From positions 1 to 32,400 of IMG/VR virus record IMGVR_UViG_2778261574_000008: a stretch of DNA of 32,400 nt; one strand, given 5' to 3'. Shown in pieces: positions 16,622 to 26,307 of this stretch (its first letter is position 1; every line of letters begins with the position of its first letter). The position numbers and the translations under genes were made by a program. The notes under the pieces were generated by a model, which was not told where the DNA came from, did not search any database, and worked only from the letters and a program-made list of their open reading frames with translations. This stretch comes from a virus. Lineage: Duplodnaviria > Heunggongvirae > Uroviricota > Caudoviricetes.

Positions 16622-17081
16622 TCAACGTAAGGCGTTCCTCGATATGCTGGCGTGGTCAGAGGGAACTGATAACGGACGGCAGAAAACCAGAAATCATGGT
16701 TATGACGTCATTGTTGGCGGAGAGCTATTCACTGATTACTCCGATCACCCTCGCAAACTTGTCACGCTAAACCCCAAACTCAAATCAACAGCCGCCGGAC
16801 GTTACCAGCTTCTTTCACGTTGGTGGGATGCATACCGTAAGCAGCTTGGCCTGAAAGACTTCTCTCCGAAAAGCCAGGACGCTGTGGCATTGCAACAGAT
16901 TAAAGAGCGTGGCGCTTTGCCGATGATTGATCGCGGTGATATCCGTCAGGCAATCGACCGTTGCAGCAATATCTGGGCTTCGTTGCCCGGGGCTGGTTAT
17001 GGCCAGTTCGAGCATAAGGCTGACAGCCTGATTGCAAAATTCAAAGAAGCTGGCGGAACGGTAAGAGAGATTGAGGTATGA
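16605..17081 (+). CDS. R: Endolysin R (lytic transglycosylase)
   Basis: 158 aa, essentially identical by recollection to lambda R ([35 protein letters not shown]...). Confidence 0.9.
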   Translation: MVEINNQRKAFLDMLAWSEGTDNGRQKTRNHGYDVIVGGELFTDYSDHPRKLVTLNPKLKSTAAGRYQLLSRWWDAYRKQLGLKDFSPKSQDAVALQQIKERGALPMIDRGDIRQAIDRCSNIWASLPGAGYGQFEHKADSLIAKFKEAGGTVREIEV

Positions 17082-17515
17082 GCAGAGTAACCGCGATTAT
17101 CTCCGCTCTGGTTATCTGCATCATCGTCTGCCTGTCATGGGCTGTTAATCATTACCGTGATAACGCAATCGCCTACAAAGAGCAGCGCGATAAAGCCACA
17201 TCCATCATCGCTGATATGCAGAAGCGTCAACGTGATGTAGCAGAACTCGACGCCAGATACACAAAGGAGCTTGCTGATGCTAACGCGACTATCGAAAGCC
17301 TCCGTGCTGATGTTTCTGCTGGTCGTAAGCGCCTGCAAGTCGCCGCCACCTGTGCAAAGCCAACGACCGGAGCCAGCAGCATGGGCGATGGAGAAAGCCC
17401 AAGACTTACAGCAGATGCTGAACTCAATTATTACCGTCTCAGAAGTGGAATCGATAGGATAACCGCGCAGGTTAACTACCTGCAGGAATACATCAGGACT
17501 CAGTGCCTGAAATAA
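17078..17515 (+). CDS. Rz: Rz, inner-membrane spanin
   Basis: 145 aa with an N-terminal TM segment and coiled coil, lambda Rz-like. Confidence 0.85.
   Translation: MSRVTAIISALVICIIVCLSWAVNHYRDNAIAYKEQRDKATSIIADMQKRQRDVAELDARYTKELADANATIESLRADVSAGRKRLQVAATCAKPTTGASSMGDGESPRLTADAELNYYRLRSGIDRITAQVNYLQEYIRTQCLK
17271..17462 (+). CDS. Rz1: Rz1, outer-membrane lipoprotein spanin embedded in the +1 frame of Rz
   Basis: Lipobox LLVVSAC, proline-rich mature region, fully nested inside Rz. Confidence 0.7.
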   Translation: MLMLTRLSKASVLMFLLVVSACKSPPPVQSQRPEPAAWAMEKAQDLQQMLNSIITVSEVESIG

Positions 17516-17547
17516 TTTTTTTGCAAATCACAAAGTCCATTTAATGA

Positions 17548-17571
17548 GCCTCGCGATGCGGGGCTTTTTTA
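17548..17571 (+). terminator. Intrinsic terminator after the lysis cassette
   Basis: GCCTCGC-GAT-GCGGGGC hairpin followed by TTTTTTA. Confidence 0.5.
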
Positions 17572-17719
17572 CATCTGAATTTCACAGCGCATCTCACGCG
17601 CATATTACATCACCCGAGCCTTTCAGAAAGTTGAGCCTGAGAACTGCCGTATATGGTGGCGACCATCTCGGGACGGCTTTTCTGTGAGACAGGCTCACTT
17701 TCTAAAAGGTAAAGACGCT

Positions 17720-18238
17720 ATGAATCATCAATTGGCTAATCTCGATTTCCGGGACATGGTGGTTGTTTCTGGTGATCGCGTGATCACAACCTCCCGCAAG
17801 GTAGCAGCTTACTTCGACAAGCAGCATCACCACATCATTCAGAAAATCAAAAAGCTAGACTGTTCGGATGAATTTCTAACCAGCAACTTTTCGCGGGTTA
17901 CCTATGAACACAAGGGTAATCAGTATGTTGAATATGAAATTTCCAAAGACGGTGCGATGTACATCATCATGTCGTTTACCGGCAAAAAAGCTGCCGCCAT
18001 CAAAGAGGCGTTTATCAAAGCATTTAATTGGATGCGTGACAGGCTGATGGAGATGGCTCACTCATACCAAAGAGAGCACAACGAGTTAATGCTGGAGTTC
18101 ATGAAGGAAAAGGATGTTGCCAGTATGTCAGGACGCTTGCTGAACCGCTGGGGCAGGATCAAAAAACCTCAACTCATAGCAAGAATCGAAAGGCTTGAGC
18201 AGCAGGCGCAAATATCGATCCCCGGACTGCCAAAGTGA
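17720..18238 (+). CDS. rha: Rha-family phage regulatory protein (moron between lysis and packaging genes)
   Basis: 172 aa from MNHQLANLDFRDMVVVSGDRVITTSRKVAAYFDKQHHHIIQKIKKL, the conserved Rha N-terminal domain pattern; P22 carries rha at the same position. Confidence 0.7.
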   Translation: MNHQLANLDFRDMVVVSGDRVITTSRKVAAYFDKQHHHIIQKIKKLDCSDEFLTSNFSRVTYEHKGNQYVEYEISKDGAMYIIMSFTGKKAAAIKEAFIKAFNWMRDRLMEMAHSYQREHNELMLEFMKEKDVASMSGRLLNRWGRIKKPQLIARIERLEQQAQISIPGLPK

Positions 18239-18589
18239 CCATTCCAAAGCCCATCTACGGGTGGCTTGATAATGAAACCGTGATTTACATCCCCACAATC
18301 CGGGTATGTAAAAGATAGTTCAGGCGAGAACAGATTTAACTAAGTCTGTGCACCACCAGTTGCGGCAGTACCACGAAACAACCCAAGCCAGTAAGTGGGG
18401 AAATAACACTGGCAGCCACTGAAAGATGAACCTCCTGCCTTATGGCAAAAAAGATTCTTTGTGGTGGCGGACTGATGGAAAGACATCGGTTATTGCAGAG
18501 GCCATTCAATGAGTGGTCTCGACAATGGCTTATACCCTACACGGGATAACTTAACTGATATCCCTTTTAACGGATAAACGGAGCCAACA

Positions 18590-18832
18590 ATGGCAGAGAT
18601 TATTCCCATGACTGAAGAACAGAAATTCCAGTTAGAGATTTACAAACTGGTCATGAACCAGAACGCAGCCGCAGAAGAAGCATTTCAGTTCATTGGCACT
18701 GACGAGCTGAAGCTTGAGCTATTCAAAATTCACTTCCAGTCAGGCGGCGCTAATTCAGATATCACGACGCGCACTATCGAAGCGGTGCGTAAATCGAAGG
18801 AAGCGTTAGACCTGTTCACTACCGGAGTGTAA
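18590..18832 (+). CDS. Hypothetical protein (80 aa)
   Basis: ORF upstream of the terminase genes; P22-like phages carry small unknown ORFs here. Confidence 0.5.
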   Translation: MAEIIPMTEEQKFQLEIYKLVMNQNAAAEEAFQFIGTDELKLELFKIHFQSGGANSDITTRTIEAVRKSKEALDLFTTGV

Positions 18833-18835
18833 GAG

Positions 18836-19123
18836 ATGACTGAACAAGAAATGCCGAGATACCAGTGCCACAAAAAAGTTCGCGCCATGAAGATTGGCTC
18901 TATAGAACATAAGCCAAACCCAGATCAGTCTGGTAAGACTGGCTCTTCTAGTTATGGGGCAATTATTCATCCGGATGATAAGAAATACGCAGCATTTGAT
19001 GTTAGCGCGGAATATATCTGTAAGCACCGACCAATGTCTGGAGGCTATTACGTTGTCTATGAGGATGGATATGAATCATATTCTCCTGCTGAGGTATTTG
19101 AGTCTGGATATTCAAAATTATAG
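18836..19123 (+). CDS. Hypothetical protein (95 aa)
   Basis: ORF starting 4 nt after the previous stop. Confidence 0.5.
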   Translation: MTEQEMPRYQCHKKVRAMKIGSIEHKPNPDQSGKTGSSSYGAIIHPDDKKYAAFDVSAEYICKHRPMSGGYYVVYEDGYESYSPAEVFESGYSKL

Positions 19124-19132
19124 GAATCCTCT

Positions 19133-19312
19133 ATGACAAGCGTCGTTGATCTTGGTAAGGAGAAGAAATTCCCAATTACTCAAGAGCTATACGAGAGGCT
19201 GGAAAGCGTCATCCATGATTACGATGGTGAAATCAGTTTATGCGAGGCGATTGGCACACTCGAATTGCTGAAGCAGTCACTGATTGAAGGCGCGAAAGAG
19301 TCCTCAGCCTGA
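19133..19312 (+). CDS. Hypothetical small protein (59 aa), below the ORF-track cutoff
   Basis: ATG 10 nt after the previous stop; acidic helical composition. Confidence 0.35.
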   Translation: MTSVVDLGKEKKFPITQELYERLESVIHDYDGEISLCEAIGTLELLKQSLIEGAKESSA

Positions 19313-19335
19313 AATGACAATTAAGTGAGATAAAT

Positions 19336-19758
19336 ATGGCGACTGAACCAAAAGCTGGTCGCCCCTCTGATTATATGCCGGAGGTGGCTGACGATATCTG
19401 CTCGTTGCTTTCTTCTGGCGAAAGTTTGCTGAAAGTATGTAAGCGTCCTGGTATGCCGGATAAGTCCACTGTTTTCCGCTGGTTGGCAAAGCATGAGGAT
19501 TTTCGCGACAAGTACGCGAAGGCAACTGAGGCACGAGCTGATTCTATTTTCGAAGAGATATTCGAAATTGCTGACAATGCGATTCCAGATGCTGCTGAAG
19601 TGGCAAAGGCAAGACTTCGCGTTGATACCCGCAAATGGGCGCTGGCCCGAATGAATCCCCGTAAGTATGGCGACAAGGTAACTAACGAGCTTGTCGGTAA
19701 GGACGGCGGCGCAATTCAGATTGAAACATCACCGATGAGCACTCTGTTCGGAAAATGA
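19336..19758 (+). CDS. Terminase small subunit (Sf6 gp1-type)
   Basis: 140 aa starting MATEPKAGRPSDYMPEVADDI, matching my recollection of Sf6 TerS; overlaps TerL by ATGA. Confidence 0.75.
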   Translation: MATEPKAGRPSDYMPEVADDICSLLSSGESLLKVCKRPGMPDKSTVFRWLAKHEDFRDKYAKATEARADSIFEEIFEIADNAIPDAAEVAKARLRVDTRKWALARMNPRKYGDKVTNELVGKDGGAIQIETSPMSTLFGK

Positions 19759-21170
19759 CCTCGATTAATCCTATCTTTGAACCGTTCATTGAGGCGCATC
19801 GCTACAAAGTCGCCAAAGGCGGTCGAGGTAGCGGTAAGTCATGGGCAATTGCGAGGCTGCTTGTTGAAGCGGCGCGTCGGCAGCCTGTGCGCATACTTTG
19901 CGCTCGTGAGCTGCAAAACAGTATCAGCGATTCGGTAATTCGGTTGCTTGAAGACACCATAGAGCGGGAAGGGTATTCGGCTGAGTTTGAAATTCAGCGT
20001 TCAATGATTCGTCATCTCGGAACGAATGCTGAGTTCATGTTCTACGGCATCAAAAACAACCCGACGAAGATTAAATCGCTCGAAGGCATTGATATCTGCT
20101 GGGTGGAGGAAGCGGAAGCGGTAACGAAGGAATCATGGGATATCCTGATACCAACCATCCGCAAGCCATTTTCCGAAATATGGGTGAGCTTCAACCCGAA
20201 AAACATCCTCGACGATACCTATCAGCGATTCGTTGTAAATCCTCCCGATGATATTTGCCTGCTGACAGTGAACTACACCGACAACCCGCACTTTCCTGAA
20301 GTTCTCCGTCTGGAGATGGAAGAGTGCAAACGCAGAAATCCGACACTATATCGTCACATCTGGCTTGGTGAGCCAGTGAGCGCAAGTGATATGGCAATCA
20401 TCAAACGTGAATGGCTTGAAGCCGCAACCGATGCGCACAAGAAACTCGGATGGAAGGCGAAAGGCGCTGTTGTCTCTGCGCATGACCCGTCAGATACAGG
20501 ACCGGATGCTAAAGGTTATGCATCGCGCCACGGTTCGGTAGTTAAGCGCATTGCCGAAGGCCTGCTGATGGACATCAATGAAGGTGCTGACTGGGCAACT
20601 TCGCTGGCGATTGAAGACGGCGCTGACCATTACCTGTGGGATGGTGATGGCGTCGGTGCGGGGCTACGCAGACAGACAACGGAAGCGTTCTCCGGCAAGA
20701 AAATCACCGCCACGATGTTCAAGGGCAGCGAATCGCCATTCGATGAAGATGCACCATATCAGGCCGGAGCATGGGCCGATGAAGTCGTACAGGGCGACAA
20801 CGTTCGCACTATTGGTGATGTGTTCCGCAATAAGCGAGCACAATTCTATTACGCGCTGGCTGACAGACTGTATCTGACATATCGGGCGGTTGTTCACGGT
20901 GAGTATGCAGACCCCGACGACATGCTGAGTTTCGACAAAGAAGCGATAGGCGAGAAGATGCTGGAGAAGCTGTTTGCAGAACTGACGCAGATTCATCGCA
21001 AATTCAATAACAACGGGAAGTTGGAGCTTATGACTAAGGTCGAAATGAAGCAGAAGCTCGGTATTCCATCTCCTAACCTGGCTGATGCATTGATGATGTG
21101 TATGCATTGCCCGGAGTCGGCTGCGCAACCCGACTATTCCAGTTACTCAATTCCTTGTGGTGTAGGTTGA
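19755..21170 (+). CDS. Terminase large subunit (ATPase plus nuclease)
   Basis: 471 aa; Walker A KGGRGSGKS near the N-terminus; Walker B-like DICWVEEAE. Confidence 0.9.
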   Translation: MTSINPIFEPFIEAHRYKVAKGGRGSGKSWAIARLLVEAARRQPVRILCARELQNSISDSVIRLLEDTIEREGYSAEFEIQRSMIRHLGTNAEFMFYGIKNNPTKIKSLEGIDICWVEEAEAVTKESWDILIPTIRKPFSEIWVSFNPKNILDDTYQRFVVNPPDDICLLTVNYTDNPHFPEVLRLEMEECKRRNPTLYRHIWLGEPVSASDMAIIKREWLEAATDAHKKLGWKAKGAVVSAHDPSDTGPDAKGYASRHGSVVKRIAEGLLMDINEGADWATSLAIEDGADHYLWDGDGVGAGLRRQTTEAFSGKKITATMFKGSESPFDEDAPYQAGAWADEVVQGDNVRTIGDVFRNKRAQFYYALADRLYLTYRAVVHGEYADPDDMLSFDKEAIGEKMLEKLFAELTQIHRKFNNNGKLELMTKVEMKQKLGIPSPNLADALMMCMHCPESAAQPDYSSYSIPCGVG

Positions 21171-21171
21171 T

Positions 21172-23370
21172 ATGGCAGAAAAAAAGATGACTGACTGGCA
21201 TCGCAAGGTGCTGTGCAACTTTGATAATGCCTGGTCAGCAACGCAGGATATGCGTGAGCAGATTATTGAGGCTCAACGTTTCGTCCGGGTGTCCGGCGCA
21301 CAGTGGGAAGGCAGTACAAACGCTGGTTACTCATTTGATGAAGGCAGGTTTGAGCATTACCCGCGCTTTGAACTGAATAAGATTGCCCGTGAATGTGATC
21401 GCATCATTGGCGAGTATCGACAGAATCGCATCAGCGTTAAATTCAGGCCGAAGGATGACAAGGCATCGGAAGCTTTAGCCGAAAAAATGAACGGAAAATT
21501 CCGCGCTGACTATCAGGAAACATCCGGTGGCGAAGCGTGTGATAACGCATTTGATGATGCCGTAACGGGTGGATTCGGTTGTTTCCGCATGTGTGCCGAT
21601 TACGAAGATGAAATGGATCCGAGTAACGAGCAGCGACGCATCAGTCTTCTTCCTGTTTACGACCCGGCGACATGCGTTTTCTTCGATCAGGACAGCAAGC
21701 AATATGACCGCTCTGATGCTATGTGGGCTATGGAAATGTTCTCCATGACGCCTAAAGCGTTCGAGGCTGAATACCCTGATTCCATCGCGGCAAGCCTTTC
21801 TCGAGATGGCACTGGTACTCAGTATGACTGGTCAACGCCCGATGCCATCTATGTTGGACGCTACTACGAAGTTCGCATAGAGAAGGTGAAGCTCACGGCG
21901 TGGCGCAACCCTGTTAGCGGAGAAACGGCAATCTATGATGAAGAGCAAATCAAAGATGTTGTTGACGAGCTGACCGATGGCGCATTCGAACTGATTGGCG
22001 AGCGGACAGTGAAGAAACGCCGCGTTTATTGCGGCCTTCTGTCTGGCGCTGAATGGCTGGAAGAACCGAAGCGTATTCCGGGCGAACATATTCCTCTCAT
22101 CCCGGTATATGGGCGTCGCTCATTTGTTGATAATCAGGAGCGAATCGAAGGCCATGCAGCAAAAGCGATGGATGCACAGCGTCTTGAGAACCTGATGGTT
22201 TCCATGATTGCAGATAACGCTACTCAGGCTGGCGGTGATGGCATTCCTATCGTGGATGTTGATTTCATTCCCGGCCCATTAATGAATCACTGGGCAGAGA
22301 GGAATAAGAAAAGACCTGCAGTTCTTCCTATGACCAGCAGGAAGGACAAAAACGGAACAGTCATTTCAGAAGCTCAGGTTGCTGGCTGGACACCTCCGAC
22401 ACAAATGCCTCCTGCTCTTGCCGGGTTATTGCAGTACACCGGAACGGCTATTCAGCAAATTACAGGTGCGTCGCAGCTTGAGAACATGCCGAGCAACGTC
22501 GCTACTGATACCGTTGATAGCATTTTTAACCGGATGGACACGCAGTCCTATATCTACATGGACAACATGGCTAAATCTATGCGTCGCGCTGGCGTTGTGT
22601 GGCTTTCTATGGCGCGTGAAGTCTATGGCAGCGATACGCCGATGCGTATCGTTAATGAGGACGGCAGCGATGACGTGGCGCTGATGACTGGTGAAGTGGT
22701 TGACCGTCAGACAGGGCAGGTTATCGCGCTTAACGACCTTTCGCAGGGTAACTATGAAGTGACTGTCGATGTCGGTCAGTCGTTCGCTACTCGCCGTGAT
22801 GCAACGGTTAAGTCGTTACTTTCCATGCTGGCACTTATCCCACCAGGAACGCCGAAGCACGACCTTGTATCGTCGATGATTCTCGACAATATGGACGGCG
22901 AAGGGATGGACGACCTGAAAGAATACAACCGCAATCAGTTGCTTCTGTCTGGAGTTATCAAGCCGAGAACGCCAGAAGAACAGCAGATGGTTGAGCAGGC
23001 GAAACAACAACAGGCCAGTCAGCCAGATCCGGCTATGGTTGCTGCGCAAGGTCAGCTTCTTGCTGGTCAGGCTGAATTGCAGAAAGCGCAGAACGAGCAG
23101 GCAGCCATTCAGGTTAAAGCATTCCAGGCACAGACTGATGCTCAGGTTGCAGCGGCAAACGTTGTGAAAATCCTCGCATCTGCTGATAGCCAGCAAAAAT
23201 CTGATATCCGTGAGGCGCTGAAACTGCTCGGACAGTTCCAGCAACAGCAAGGAGATAATGCCCGTGCTGATGCAGAGCTTGTCCTGAAAAGTCAGGCACA
23301 GGGCCATGCGCAGCGCATGGACATCAGCAGCATCCTGCAAAAATCAACTCAGCAACAACCACAGCAGTAA
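21172..23370 (+). CDS. Portal protein (P22 gp1-like)
   Basis: 732 aa; segments such as KRRRVY ... GEHIPLIPVYG and a Gln-rich C-terminal barrel region resemble P22 portal. Confidence 0.9.
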   Translation: MAEKKMTDWHRKVLCNFDNAWSATQDMREQIIEAQRFVRVSGAQWEGSTNAGYSFDEGRFEHYPRFELNKIARECDRIIGEYRQNRISVKFRPKDDKASEALAEKMNGKFRADYQETSGGEACDNAFDDAVTGGFGCFRMCADYEDEMDPSNEQRRISLLPVYDPATCVFFDQDSKQYDRSDAMWAMEMFSMTPKAFEAEYPDSIAASLSRDGTGTQYDWSTPDAIYVGRYYEVRIEKVKLTAWRNPVSGETAIYDEEQIKDVVDELTDGAFELIGERTVKKRRVYCGLLSGAEWLEEPKRIPGEHIPLIPVYGRRSFVDNQERIEGHAAKAMDAQRLENLMVSMIADNATQAGGDGIPIVDVDFIPGPLMNHWAERNKKRPAVLPMTSRKDKNGTVISEAQVAGWTPPTQMPPALAGLLQYTGTAIQQITGASQLENMPSNVATDTVDSIFNRMDTQSYIYMDNMAKSMRRAGVVWLSMAREVYGSDTPMRIVNEDGSDDVALMTGEVVDRQTGQVIALNDLSQGNYEVTVDVGQSFATRRDATVKSLLSMLALIPPGTPKHDLVSSMILDNMDGEGMDDLKEYNRNQLLLSGVIKPRTPEEQQMVEQAKQQQASQPDPAMVAAQGQLLAGQAELQKAQNEQAAIQVKAFQAQTDAQVAAANVVKILASADSQQKSDIREALKLLGQFQQQQGDNARADAELVLKSQAQGHAQRMDISSILQKSTQQQPQQ

Positions 23371-23460
23371 TTAACCCATAACGTGCAATGGCTGTCTTTA
23401 TGAGGCCTGGCACCCTATTGCCTTCCGATGGGCTGAACATCGAGTAAACAGGGGTAACAA

Positions 23461-24354
23461 ATGGACCAGATGGCAGAAAACACACCAGAAGTTGAAATCG
23501 AAACCGACGCGTCAGAGCAGATTCCTGATGATGTCGAACTGGCTGAAGAAGTCGAAACAGAAGATGGCAGTGAGTCCTCTGGCAATGATGCAGAGGAAGC
23601 TACTGAAACTGATGACGACGAATCAGAACAGGAATTCTACTTTGGTGACGAAAAGCTGGATTCGCCAACCAGCGAAGATAGCGCAGAGCATGGACTGGTA
23701 AAACACCTGCGCAAGACGATTAAAGAGAAAGACCGTGAGCTGAAAGAGCTGATGCGTCAGTCTCAGAAACCCGTCGAGCAGCAGCCGGTAATCACTCAAC
23801 CACCGCGAATGCCAAAACTGGATGATGAGGACATCGGTTTCGATGAAGAAATCTACCAGCAACGCATGGCTAAGTGGGCAGAGGATAACGGCAAGTACCA
23901 GCAACAGGAGATGGCTCGCAAGCAGAAGGAGCAGGAGCTTCAGGCTGCCTATCAAGAGCGATTATCCAAATATCAGCAACGTGTTAAGGCTCTCAAAGTT
24001 CCTGGCTATCAGGAAGCTGAGCAGGCCGTACTCGAGGAAATCCCCATCGAGACACAAAACGCGATCTTGTTTGAGTCAGAGAAGCCGGAAATCGTTGTTC
24101 TGGCACTCGGTCGCAACGCTGAACTGCGCAAACAACTGGCAGAAGCTACCAACCCCGTAGCAATTGGTCGTCTGCTGGAACGTATCGAATCGAAGGCCAG
24201 AATCATGCCAAAAGCAAAAACCACGGCAGCCACAACCCCGACAGTTAAGGGGAGCAACGGCGCAGTAATCAACAACCTCGACAAACTGAAAGCCAAGGCG
24301 CTGGAAACTGGTGACTGGACGCCATATTTCGCCGCTAAAAAGGCAAAAAAATAA
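23461..24354 (+). CDS. Scaffolding protein (P22 gp8 position)
   Basis: 297 aa, highly acidic N-terminus, helical charged body, basic C-terminus; lies between portal and coat. Confidence 0.6.
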   Translation: MDQMAENTPEVEIETDASEQIPDDVELAEEVETEDGSESSGNDAEEATETDDDESEQEFYFGDEKLDSPTSEDSAEHGLVKHLRKTIKEKDRELKELMRQSQKPVEQQPVITQPPRMPKLDDEDIGFDEEIYQQRMAKWAEDNGKYQQQEMARKQKEQELQAAYQERLSKYQQRVKALKVPGYQEAEQAVLEEIPIETQNAILFESEKPEIVVLALGRNAELRKQLAEATNPVAIGRLLERIESKARIMPKAKTTAATTPTVKGSNGAVINNLDKLKAKALETGDWTPYFAAKKAKK

Positions 24355-24372
24355 CCTATCGGAGCATTAAGC

Positions 24373-25626
24373 ATGGCTAACCAATTAGCAAAAGACCTTG
24401 AAATCATGTTCGAAAACTACGTTGAAGGCTTTGAGGCCGCCTGCGTAGTTTCCCGTAACGCTAAAAAATTCCGTCCCGGTGATACAGCAATGCAGCGAGC
24501 AGGTGATGTTCTGTATCGTCCGCAGCATTACCACATGAACATTGAGGAAGGCCTAGACCTCAGCGGCAAAACGCCAACAGCACTGGTTCAGCGCCTTGTT
24601 CCTTCTGTGTTCAAGGAGCCGAAAAACATTCTGTACACTCTGGATGCGCGTGAAATGCGTGACCCGGAACATAAAACTGAAGCTGGTCGAGCCGCAGGTA
24701 TGCGCCTTGCTGCACAGATTGACTCTGACCTGATTTCCATGGTCACGCAGCGTGCTACTAACGTGATCACGATGGCTGACTCAACCACAGGTTCACAGGG
24801 CCGTGATTTGTGGAACTGTGCGGCAGGTATTGATGCCACCATGACGGCGATTGGTGTACCTCAGGGTATCAACCGTCGCTCTTTCTGGAACCCCTTCAAC
24901 TACAAAGACCTTGCTGGCGAGCTTGGTCACCGTGCCTATGCTCAGGGCGCAACCCTGACAGCATACGAAAAAGCGCAGATCCCTCCGGTTGCGTCCTTCG
25001 ATAGCTACAAGACCGATATTTCTGGTCGTGTTCCGAAGGGTACAGCAACTTCCATTACGCTGGCAGCAGCACCTGCGCACAAGGTTGAAGCGAAAGATGC
25101 TAACGATATGCCAGTTGATAACCGACAGGGGACTATTACGGTATCTGCATCTGGCTTGCAGGTTGGTGATGCGTTCACCATTGCCGGTGTGAATTCCGTA
25201 CACCAGATCACCAAAGATACCACCGGGCAGCCGCAGGTATTCCGCGTTCTGGCAGTTAGCGGAACGACAGTAACTATCTCCCCGAAAATTCTGCCGCCTG
25301 ACAACGCGGATGTCGCCAGCCGTCCATATGCAAACGTTGATGCTAATGCGGCAAGTAGCGCAGCAATCACCATTCTCAACAAAAATGCCGCACCGGCTAA
25401 TCTGTTCTGGGCTGATGGTTCTGTTGAACTGATGTACGGCAAACTGGCATTCCCGACTGGTCAGGGGCCACAGGTAATGACAGCAACCACCGAGCAGGGC
25501 GCTACGCTGATCATGTCTTACGCCTTCGACCACATCAAAGGCGTAACCACTGCACGTTTCACCACTCTGTACGGTTGCTCTGTACTGGTTCCTGAATATA
25601 CGGGCATCGTTATTGCCGGGCAGTAA
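24373..25626 (+). CDS. Major capsid (coat) protein, P22 gp5-like
   Basis: 417 aa; conserved blocks relative to P22 coat (PGDTAMQRAGD vs PPAASMQRSSN; NLFWADGSVELMYG vs NVFWADDAIRIV). Confidence 0.85.
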   Translation: MANQLAKDLEIMFENYVEGFEAACVVSRNAKKFRPGDTAMQRAGDVLYRPQHYHMNIEEGLDLSGKTPTALVQRLVPSVFKEPKNILYTLDAREMRDPEHKTEAGRAAGMRLAAQIDSDLISMVTQRATNVITMADSTTGSQGRDLWNCAAGIDATMTAIGVPQGINRRSFWNPFNYKDLAGELGHRAYAQGATLTAYEKAQIPPVASFDSYKTDISGRVPKGTATSITLAAAPAHKVEAKDANDMPVDNRQGTITVSASGLQVGDAFTIAGVNSVHQITKDTTGQPQVFRVLAVSGTTVTISPKILPPDNADVASRPYANVDANAASSAAITILNKNAAPANLFWADGSVELMYGKLAFPTGQGPQVMTATTEQGATLIMSYAFDHIKGVTTARFTTLYGCSVLVPEYTGIVIAGQ

Positions 25627-25633
25627 TTTTGGT

Positions 25634-25656
25634 GGGGCTTCGGCCCCATTTTTATT
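25634..25656 (+). terminator. Intrinsic terminator immediately after the coat gene
   Basis: GGGGC-TTCG-GCCCC hairpin followed by ATTTTTATT. Confidence 0.55.
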
Positions 25657-25667
25657 GGGAGAAGACA

Positions 25668-25856
25668 ATGGCACGAACAATGCTCTATAAGCCTGGCAAC
25701 ATGATCACCTGTGGTCAGTTTGCTGTCGATTACATCATTGTTGATGACGAAGAAGTTAAATCTCACCTGAAAAAAGGGTGGGTAAAAACTCCTGAAGAAA
25801 CCGCAACGAAGCAAAAAGTGGCTAAGGCGGAAGAAGATGGCGAAAACGAAGGGTGA
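25668..25856 (+). CDS. Hypothetical small protein (62 aa) between coat and gp4
   Basis: ATG at 25668 with a GGAGAA Shine-Dalgarno; overlaps the gp4 start. Confidence 0.4.
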   Translation: MARTMLYKPGNMITCGQFAVDYIIVDDEEVKSHLKKGWVKTPEETATKQKVAKAEEDGENEG

Positions 25857-26298
25857 TCTCGTTCTAAAGGCTTTACGAAAAGCTGGGCTGTATTCCAATG
25901 CCACGTTGACAGATGCTGACCCTCAGGCAATTGAAGATGCCATTAATGACCTCGAAGACATGATGGCAGCATGGCAGGCGAAAGGTATCGAGCTTGGATA
26001 TCAGTTTGCGGATACAGAAAACGGCATCATGCCGTTACCTGACGATGATTCAGGTATCCCTGCATGGGCAAATGATGGCGTGGCTTTGAAGCTCGCAGTG
26101 CAAGTGTGCATGGATAACGTCATTCAGCCGTCAGACGCTCTCCTTACTGCTGCTGACTGTGCATATCAGACAATCTGTATCGCTTTAACCAAAATACCAC
26201 CACTTGAGCGGCGAAATGACATGCCTCGCGGTAGTGGTAACAAAAGCGCGTTTACGTGGAATCGGTTTTACATCGAGAAAGATGATCCGAGTACGTGA
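25837..26298 (+). CDS. Tail accessory factor / head-completion protein, P22 gp4-like
   Basis: 153 aa; KTKGDLV ... ATLTD ... MPRGSGN blocks as in P22 gp4. Confidence 0.8.
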   Translation: MAKTKGDLVLKALRKAGLYSNATLTDADPQAIEDAINDLEDMMAAWQAKGIELGYQFADTENGIMPLPDDDSGIPAWANDGVALKLAVQVCMDNVIQPSDALLTAADCAYQTICIALTKIPPLERRNDMPRGSGNKSAFTWNRFYIEKDDPST

Positions 26299-26307
26299 GG
26301 TGAATAA

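Noticed and set aside
22816-23340. 174-aa minus-strand ORF antisense to the portal C-terminus
   Set aside because: Leu/Cys-rich antisense frame inside the portal gene.
24793-25680. 295-aa minus-strand ORF antisense to the coat gene
   Set aside because: Cys/Arg-rich low-complexity translation overlapping the conserved coat protein; no start context.
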